64,000 nucleotides of DNA from a virus (taxonomy: Duplodnaviria; Caudoviricetes): the IMG/VR virus record IMGVR_UViG_3300044957_001482, positions 34,179 through 98,178 of that record. One strand, given 5' to 3'. Under the pieces are notes generated by a model. That model ran no database searches. It worked only from the letters and a program-made list of their open reading frames with translations, and was not told the DNA's origin. How positions within the stretch are numbered: position 1 is the stretch's first letter; every line of letters starts with the position of its first letter. Positions 57,574-64,000 of the stretch are shown here, one piece after another. A program made the position numbers and the translations under genes.

Positions 57574-58794
57574 ATGAATATTCCTCATAAAACTTTCTGT
57601 GTGTTGCCTTGGATCAGTTTAGAAACCAGTCCGATCGGAACGGTTCGGCCGTGTTGTTTGGCCGACGACGAAATTGTTGACGATGCTGGCAACAAGTTTG
57701 AACTGATTACCGCAACTTTTGATCAAGTGCAACAAAGCCAACACATGCAACGCCTGCGTAAACAATTTTTGGCTGGGGAGAAACCGCAGACCTGTCGCAA
57801 GTGCTGGAATGAAGAACGCGGAGGTCGAACCAGCAAACGTATGCACACCCAGGATCGTCTCAAGCACATACTACCCGATTGGGAGTGGACTGCAGATGCC
57901 AAACCATTGATGTTTCTGGATCTCAAACTGGGCAACATCTGTAACTTAAAGTGTCGTATCTGTGGGTCTTGGTCCAGCAGTCAGTTTGCTGTGGAAGAAA
58001 TAAATCAGTTACCCACCGACGAAGACAAGAAAAAATCATATGCTTATCAGATGCTGAGAGCCGGAGCCTGGCCCAAAGAAAACGAACATTTCTGGTCAGA
58101 AATAGATCAAGCGTTGGGCCAAATTCTTTTTATTGAATTTACCGGCGGCGAGCCTTTTATGATTGACCAGCACTTTGATATGTTGCAGAGTATTGTGGAT
58201 CGTGGAATTGCCAACCAAGTGGAAATACACTACAACACCAATGGCACACAATATCCCGAGCGTGGCGAAGCAATTTGGAAGCATTTCAAAATAGTAGAGG
58301 TTGCATTCAGTATCGACGATGTAGGTGAGCGATTTGAATATCAGCGCACAAATGCAAATTGGGCTGTAGTACTTGATAATATCACACGTTTTCAATACTT
58401 GCAAGATCAAATGCCTAATTTGCGCTTGCAATGCTGTTCAACAGTGAACATATTCAATGTTCGTTATATTGATCAATTGTCTCATTGGATAGCACTGCAA
58501 CGATTTGATTTTGTGTATTGGAACATGCTGCATGACGCCTGGTACTTTTCGATTGCTACACTTCCTGACTCAGTCAAGGCTGCTATTACAGAGCACCTAG
58601 ATACAGCAAATGTGCCATCACAATACCGTGCGGAGTTTGATCGTATTATAGATTTCATGAATACTGGTGCATCAACAGATGGATTTATGTTGCGAATGAA
58701 AATACGCGATCTAGATCGCAAACGCAATCAAAACTTTCGTGACGTGGCTCCAGAAATGGCCCAGTTGATTAATTATGACTATGCATCGATTTAA
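57574..58794 (+). CDS. Radical SAM/SPASM-twitch protein
   Basis: CNLKCRIC, TGGEP, NTNG; auxiliary CVLPW...PCC...CRKC. Confidence 0.9.
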   Translation: MNIPHKTFCVLPWISLETSPIGTVRPCCLADDEIVDDAGNKFELITATFDQVQQSQHMQRLRKQFLAGEKPQTCRKCWNEERGGRTSKRMHTQDRLKHILPDWEWTADAKPLMFLDLKLGNICNLKCRICGSWSSSQFAVEEINQLPTDEDKKKSYAYQMLRAGAWPKENEHFWSEIDQALGQILFIEFTGGEPFMIDQHFDMLQSIVDRGIANQVEIHYNTNGTQYPERGEAIWKHFKIVEVAFSIDDVGERFEYQRTNANWAVVLDNITRFQYLQDQMPNLRLQCCSTVNIFNVRYIDQLSHWIALQRFDFVYWNMLHDAWYFSIATLPDSVKAAITEHLDTANVPSQYRAEFDRIIDFMNTGASTDGFMLRMKIRDLDRKRNQNFRDVAPEMAQLINYDYASI

Positions 58795-59794
58795 GATATT
58801 GTGCAACCACGACGATCCAAATTCGTTTTGTCATGGTTCTTTTAGTAAATTTTTATCAAAACATTTCGATTTGGTAAGATTTGGTGACGGAATCAAGCAC
58901 AATAAGAAAGATACACTAATTGCTGTAGCTGCTTTCAATTTCAAGAGCGGAAATCCTGAGGCCAATGACTGGTATCGTTCTTATCTTGATCAAGGGTTCA
59001 AAATATTAGTAGATGGGTTATGGGAGCATAAAGAATTTTCAAAAATCTTTCGGTCAACATATAAATTTGATAATTTGCCACACTGGCCAGAAACTGATGG
59101 TAATTTTTTTATATGTCATATAAAAAATTGGTTTTGGTATCTTGAATCCGTGTGGTACACTGATATGGGATATCACACCTATAGACCAAACAAAACATAT
59201 ACCAAACTAGCGCTCATGCCCATGCGTGTTAACCGTCGGCATAGAAGTGAAACTTTGGTAAGAATGAGCAGCATGCTAGATGACATGATTTGGAGTTATG
59301 CATCGCATGAGAAATATTTACCCAACGACTTCTCGCCAGATCATCCTCAGTTTCAGCGCCATTTTGATCCTAGCTGGTATGATAGTACTTACTACAGCCT
59401 TGTGACTGAGACTTACGCAGAGGAAGACGCACATATTTCTTCAGATATTTTTGTCACAGAAAAAACTTTCAAGCCCGTGGCATTCTATCATCCTTTTATG
59501 TGTGTGGCACAACAGGGGCACTTAGCTTATTTAAAAAGTCAAGGATTTGAAACATTTGAAAACATGTTTGACGAAAGTTATGATCAAATTCCTACGGTGG
59601 GTGAGCGAATCAAACACATTGTATCTCAGTCTAAATCATTTAAACGAAAATATTACCGTAAACGAAAACCTTACAGTCAACTGACATGGGACAAACTTGC
59701 TCATAATCATGACAGATTTTACAATCAGCAGATAGTAGAATCATGTCTGATTAAAGAATTAGTCGAACCTATTTTACAATATGCCGAATCCTAA
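58775..59794 (+). CDS. Putative glycosyltransferase (TEK motif family), paralogue of 53415-54527
   Basis: R.HR...WY.STYYSLVTET...TEKTFKP...GFETF..MFDESYD; AT-rich. Confidence 0.5.
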   Translation: MTMHRFKILCNHDDPNSFCHGSFSKFLSKHFDLVRFGDGIKHNKKDTLIAVAAFNFKSGNPEANDWYRSYLDQGFKILVDGLWEHKEFSKIFRSTYKFDNLPHWPETDGNFFICHIKNWFWYLESVWYTDMGYHTYRPNKTYTKLALMPMRVNRRHRSETLVRMSSMLDDMIWSYASHEKYLPNDFSPDHPQFQRHFDPSWYDSTYYSLVTETYAEEDAHISSDIFVTEKTFKPVAFYHPFMCVAQQGHLAYLKSQGFETFENMFDESYDQIPTVGERIKHIVSQSKSFKRKYYRKRKPYSQLTWDKLAHNHDRFYNQQIVESCLIKELVEPILQYAES

Positions 59795-61082
59795 CGCCCC
59801 TGCCACACTTTGCATGGCTCCGTGGACTCATACATATCTGAGTCCTCAAACCGAGCGCAGAATGTGTTGTGCCAGTCGTGAACCAGCACAAAATTTTCAA
59901 CAATACATCGACACTGCTGCCGGCACTGGCCAATATCGTCCCAGCACATTGGACGAACACTGGAACAGTGATCACATGCGGTCAGTTAGGCGCCGCATGA
60001 TGGCCGGTGAAACATTGCCCGAGTGTGAAGTCTGCAATAACAAATTGCTTAACACTGATGTTTATCGTGATTATTTCTGGCGGTTGTTCCAACATCGGTA
60101 TGATGAAATCTGGCAGTCCACGGACGACAATGGTCATACTTCCATGCAGCCCACCAGCTGGGACTACAGATTCTCAAATCTTTGTAATTTCAAATGTCGT
60201 ACCTGCGGAGACATGCTGAGTTCTTCTTGGGAAACCGAACAGCGCCAGTATAACATGGTTGACTGGTCCGATCCCAAAAATGCTTGGATGCGCTCTGATA
60301 TTCGGGCTGAAATTGCGAAATTTCAAGACCAACAGGTCGAACAAGAATTCGCACAAGCAGTCGAACAACATCGGGTAGAAGAAATCTACTGGGTAGGCGG
60401 CGAGCCGTTGATGTACGAACAACACTGGAGGTACATGCGACGCATCATTGAGCTAGGCGACGGCTCTGGGCTCTACGCACGTTACAATACCAACCTCAGT
60501 CGTGTCACCTGGCAAAAAGCCAATTTATTCACAGACATACTTTCTCAGGTCAGAGACTGGCAGATCTGTGCCAGCCTGGATGGCACTGGTTCAGTGGGCG
60601 AGTATTTGCGAACAGGTCTGGACTACAAACAATGGGTAGAAAATTTTCGATTTGGTGTTCAACACCAAAAAACTGCCAGACAGATGAGAATCGATTTTAC
60701 TCTGACTTTGCCTGGGTTGGGAGAAATACTTCACATCGAAAAGCTGGCCGCTGAATTTGGCGTAGATATATTGGCCAAGGTCGTTTTTAGTTTTTCTCCC
60801 AACATTGTGTTGAGTCCACTGGCCTTGCCTCGAAAGTTGTTGGACCGCAGCATTGCTTGTATACTACCGCTGGTGACCACCAGAGTCATGAAAGACATGT
60901 TGCAACAATTGCAACAGAGACCAACTTTCCAGGAACAATGGCCGGATACCGCTGATCAGGCACTGGTCCAGGGCAAAAAAAGACTTTTAGACATCGAAGC
61001 CGTGCGCAAGGATACATACACTATCTCGGATATATTCCAACAACAGGACAGCGAAATATATGCATGGTGGCAAGGCATCTGA
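59781..61082 (+). CDS. Radical SAM/SPASM-twitch protein
   Basis: CNFKCRTC, VGGEP, YNTN; auxiliary CMAPW...MCC...CEVC. Confidence 0.9.
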   Translation: MPNPNAPATLCMAPWTHTYLSPQTERRMCCASREPAQNFQQYIDTAAGTGQYRPSTLDEHWNSDHMRSVRRRMMAGETLPECEVCNNKLLNTDVYRDYFWRLFQHRYDEIWQSTDDNGHTSMQPTSWDYRFSNLCNFKCRTCGDMLSSSWETEQRQYNMVDWSDPKNAWMRSDIRAEIAKFQDQQVEQEFAQAVEQHRVEEIYWVGGEPLMYEQHWRYMRRIIELGDGSGLYARYNTNLSRVTWQKANLFTDILSQVRDWQICASLDGTGSVGEYLRTGLDYKQWVENFRFGVQHQKTARQMRIDFTLTLPGLGEILHIEKLAAEFGVDILAKVVFSFSPNIVLSPLALPRKLLDRSIACILPLVTTRVMKDMLQQLQQRPTFQEQWPDTADQALVQGKKRLLDIEAVRKDTYTISDIFQQQDSEIYAWWQGI

Positions 61083-62154
61083 ACAGATATGTATCACAGC
61101 GCGAGACTACCGTGATGGCCGACTCCACGATATTGTCATAAACACAATCTCCAGTTCGCTGTGTGACAAATGGCTAGAACATGTGATAGATCTCGTGAGA
61201 TCACAGGCTCACCTTGAAAAAAATTATTGTTGGTTGGGCTGGCCCGACAACGATCGCAACGGTCACTATATTCTAGAACAGATCAATCAGAGCATCGACG
61301 CCATCAATCAAGCCGATCTAGGTTACAACATACAGGACCGGTTTGAGTGGTCACAGTGCATGACCGATCAACCCCGAGATGGGCGAGTTGTGGGCCGAAA
61401 TATCATTCATGAAAGGTTTAACGACCTGCATAGATATTTCGAAGATCTCCAAGGAACCAGCGGAAATCTCAGCCTCTACTATCAGTGCGCCGACGCAGTG
61501 ACTCGTTGGCATATCCGACAACTTAATCTTTTGTGCCACGAATTTGAGTGCTGGGCATTGAGTTATCGTCGTCAGCTCGAAGCGCCGGAATGGATACGAC
61601 CCAGTACCTTGATGTGCTGGCTGTCGGCTCCGCGATTTCTCCTGGACGATCGAGATTTTGAATTGTTTGGCATCGACGCCATCAATCGCGACCCGGGCGG
61701 TGTGTATGTGGGAGTCAACAAAGCCGTGGGCAAGCATCACTGGGAAGTGTTCAACGACGAGGGCGGCGACAGTCGGTTGGATAGCTTGACCACTGGTTCA
61801 TTGAGATCTCAGACTGAGGCCGCGGGAGATTTTGATATCGAATGGGGTCGTTGTGCTCGCGATTATCCTTGGCAAAAAGAACGACTGCAACAATTTGAAA
61901 CATGGTTGCACTGCAACGGGTTTGATCCTCGAGATCCTGGGCTAACTATCGGTCACCCCAAGGTAGCGCAGGTCGACCTGGATCTGAGTTTTGGAACCAC
62001 CGACACTCAATCAATATGGAAACAGTTGTCCTGCTGTCTTGACGTATGGAAAGTCTCTGTGGCCGGCGTCGAGGCAACGTATGATTACCACTGGTCAGAC
62101 TGTGATTTTACTCAGCGGCAAATCGAAATTATCAAACGGAGAGAGCAATGTTAA
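61060..62154 (+). CDS. Hypothetical protein
   Basis: 364 aa; FNDLHRYFE...LNLLCHEFE...VGKH motifs. Overlaps both neighbours. Confidence 0.65.
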   Translation: MHGGKASEQICITARDYRDGRLHDIVINTISSSLCDKWLEHVIDLVRSQAHLEKNYCWLGWPDNDRNGHYILEQINQSIDAINQADLGYNIQDRFEWSQCMTDQPRDGRVVGRNIIHERFNDLHRYFEDLQGTSGNLSLYYQCADAVTRWHIRQLNLLCHEFECWALSYRRQLEAPEWIRPSTLMCWLSAPRFLLDDRDFELFGIDAINRDPGGVYVGVNKAVGKHHWEVFNDEGGDSRLDSLTTGSLRSQTEAAGDFDIEWGRCARDYPWQKERLQQFETWLHCNGFDPRDPGLTIGHPKVAQVDLDLSFGTTDTQSIWKQLSCCLDVWKVSVAGVEATYDYHWSDCDFTQRQIEIIKRREQC

Positions 62155-62252
62155 ACTGGTTTTGCAACGTCATCGAACGAATCAAACTTGAAATCCGTTA
62201 TCGGAAAAAACTCAAAGAACTACGTAAAAGAGATCCCTTTATCTACAAATGA
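62148..62252 (+). CDS. 34-aa basic peptide ending RDPFIYK, coupled to the carbamoyltransferase gene
   Basis: Not in the ORF track. MLNWFCNVIERIKLEIRYRKKLKELRKRDPFIYK; GGAG Shine-Dalgarno upstream; ATGA overlap with the next gene. Confidence 0.7.
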   Translation: MLNWFCNVIERIKLEIRYRKKLKELRKRDPFIYK

Positions 62253-63742
62253 ACAATATTCTAGGCATCAGTGCCGGATTTCACGACGCTGCTGTCACTG
62301 TGATTGATCGCAGTGGAAATATCTTGTTTGCAGCGCACAGCGAGAGATACAGCAAGGTCAAGAATGATTCAGCACTGCACATGGATCTCTTGGCCGAGGG
62401 TCTGAGTTACGGAATTGATTCTCTGGCATTCTTTGAAAGACCCTGGATGCACAATTTGCAGCAGTGGTGGTCGCAACAAAAACACTACGGCGCCTGGCGC
62501 GTGAAGGATCGCATACGCGAGCTGGCGCCTCCAGAACAGTCTCACGATCTGCTACAACGGCCGGCTCAGGCCTTCCCGCATCATCTGTCTCATGCTGCCG
62601 CAGGGTTTCAAACCTCACGGTTTGATTCAGCCGCAGTGGTGGTGATAGATGCCATCGGTGAGCTGGATACCATATCCATTTATCGTGCTTGGTATGATCA
62701 GTCGGGCCGTGCTCAGTATAAAAGGCTGTGGCGCCAGGGCTATCCGCACAGCATTGGTTTGTTTTACAGCGCCGTGACTGCAGCAGTGGGGCTGAAGCCC
62801 ATGGACGAGGAATACATCACCATGGGCATGGCTGCCTATGGTTCAGACCATGGACGAGCTTGGCTACAGAAAAATTTCATAGCAGATGCTGACGCCATTT
62901 GTTTTTCACAAAATCTGCATATTGGATTTACCGACGGAACCTTTGATTACTGGTGCAAGGAAAGCCTGGCAGCATCGGCACAGAGTCTCACCGAAGAATT
63001 GATCATGTCAGTGATGCGTCGGGCCGCTGCATTAACCAAGGAACCCAACTTGGTCTACATGGGCGGCGTGGCCTTGAACTGTGTGGCCAACCGACGCCTG
63101 GGACAGATATTTGATCGTACCTGGATCATGCCCAATCCCGGAGATGCGGGATCCAGTCTTGGTGCGGCGGCCCTGGCCCATGGTGGTCGATTGTCATGGA
63201 AAGATGCGTATCTGGGACATTGTATCCAAGGAGATTATCCAGTCAAACCATTGCTGGATCACTTGATCAGTGCTAAAATAGTGGGGGTTGCATCGGGCCC
63301 GGCCGAGTTTGGCCCGCGTGCATTGGGTAATCGCAGTTTGTTGGCGGACCCGCGTGGTCCTGACATCAAGGATCGCGTGAATGAGATCAAGCGTCGACAG
63401 AAATTCCGACCCTTTGCCCCGGTTATTCTGGCAGAAATGGTCAACGAATATTTTGACATGCCGCATGGTTGGACAGACAGCGATTACATGCAGGTGGTTG
63501 CACGCTGCCGTCGTCCGGATCTTTTTCCTGCCATATGTCATTATGATGGTACCAGCAGAGTACAAACAGTGCCCAGAAACTCAAGATCGGGGATACGACG
63601 ACTGTTGGAGTCCTGGTTTGTGATGACCGGGTGCCCCATGTTACTGAATACCAGCTTAAACATACGAGGAGAGCCCATGGTCAATGACCGTGCAGATGCC
63701 GACCGATTTGAAAAATCATACGATGTCAAGGTATTGAGTTAG
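62249..63742 (+). CDS. O-carbamoyltransferase, NodU/CmcH/TobZ family
   Basis: ILGISAGFHDAA, ERYS.VKND, HHLSHAA, GGVALNC, EFGPRALGNRSLLADP, KRRQKFRPFAP, H.DGTSRVQTV and LNTSLN. Confidence 0.95.
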   Translation: MNNILGISAGFHDAAVTVIDRSGNILFAAHSERYSKVKNDSALHMDLLAEGLSYGIDSLAFFERPWMHNLQQWWSQQKHYGAWRVKDRIRELAPPEQSHDLLQRPAQAFPHHLSHAAAGFQTSRFDSAAVVVIDAIGELDTISIYRAWYDQSGRAQYKRLWRQGYPHSIGLFYSAVTAAVGLKPMDEEYITMGMAAYGSDHGRAWLQKNFIADADAICFSQNLHIGFTDGTFDYWCKESLAASAQSLTEELIMSVMRRAAALTKEPNLVYMGGVALNCVANRRLGQIFDRTWIMPNPGDAGSSLGAAALAHGGRLSWKDAYLGHCIQGDYPVKPLLDHLISAKIVGVASGPAEFGPRALGNRSLLADPRGPDIKDRVNEIKRRQKFRPFAPVILAEMVNEYFDMPHGWTDSDYMQVVARCRRPDLFPAICHYDGTSRVQTVPRNSRSGIRRLLESWFVMTGCPMLLNTSLNIRGEPMVNDRADADRFEKSYDVKVLS

Positions 63743-63743
63743 C

Positions 63744-63914
63744 ATGGATCAACACATTGCATTTATAGGTGATAGCTATTGTTCGGACTACACAGCAAAT
63801 CACGAACAGTTGTTGTTTGATACCCACAAACTGGGATGTCGCAATCGAGGAACCGTGACATCTATCTATTGTTGGCCGCCGCTGCTGTCCGTCATAGCAA
63901 GGACTGAGAGATGA
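63744..63914 (+). pseudogene. Truncated SGNH/GDSL-like gene (N-terminus only)
   Basis: MDQHIAFIGDSYC...WP then a stop after 56 aa; sequence character changes at ~63875. Confidence 0.5.
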
Positions 63915-64000
63915 GTGATTTCGTGAGTGGTTTCTGGGGCTGGTACGTCGGCATCACCGTCGTTGCCAGCGTCATCGGCTGTCTCTTGCTGATGAAATCG
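63911..64000 (+). CDS. ccoP: cbb3-type cytochrome c oxidase subunit III, N-terminus (bacterial, partial)
   Basis: MSDFVSGFWGWYVGITVVASVIGCLLLMKS matches the betaproteobacterial CcoP/FixP N-terminus pattern MSDFxSxFWxWYV followed by a TM helix. AAGGA Shine-Dalgarno; GC-rich third codon positions. Confidence 0.75.
   Translation, partial: MSDFVSGFWGWYVGITVVASVIGCLLLMKS

Noticed and set aside
52016-61082. Radical SAMs as QueE, MoaA, NrdG or viperin-like enzymes
   Set aside because: They are longer than QueE, NrdG or viperin and carry N-terminal auxiliary Cys clusters; no queuosine, molybdopterin or nrdD partner genes are in the window.
255-63729. Numerous antisense and overlapping ORFs in the track (e.g. 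26979-27959, 23729-24403, 46127-46885, 49252-50037)
   Set aside because: They are shadows of well-supported genes on the other strand or frame, with no recognisable motifs.
1-64000. Stop-codon reassignment as seen in some large phages
   Set aside because: Genes are full length under code 11 (including a 14.7-kb ORF), and TAA, TAG and TGA all end genes.

Overview
The window is a segment of a large T4-like (myovirus, probably jumbo) phage genome read in the standard genetic code. Left to right it holds a head module on the minus strand (prohead protease fragment, acidic scaffold-like protein, portal, a free-standing GIY-YIG/NUMOD3 endonuclease) and a tape-measure-like protein with a peptidase M15-type motif. 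A divergent gp26/gp51-like pair follows, apparently joined by a -1 frameshift site, then a four-gene cassette (DUF1415-like, amidinotransferase, ATE/GNAT-like transferase, small alpha/beta barrel). Next come a ~410-nt highly structured non-coding region and a recombination/late-transcription block (resolvase, gp46, gp47, gp55 sigma) interleaved with modification enzymes. A ~30-kb baseplate/tail module contains a 4911-aa protein, and a ~15.5-kb biosynthetic island carries five tandem radical-SAM paralogues, several glycosyltransferase-like genes, a sulfotransferase and a carbamoyltransferase. The last ~125 nt look bacterial (cbb3 oxidase ccoP start) and probably mark a chimeric junction. The best candidates for undescribed biology are the radical-SAM/glyco/carbamoyl island, the amidinotransferase-ATE cassette, the large structured RNA and the gp26-gp51 frameshift. 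All product calls come from motif recognition by eye; no database search was run.
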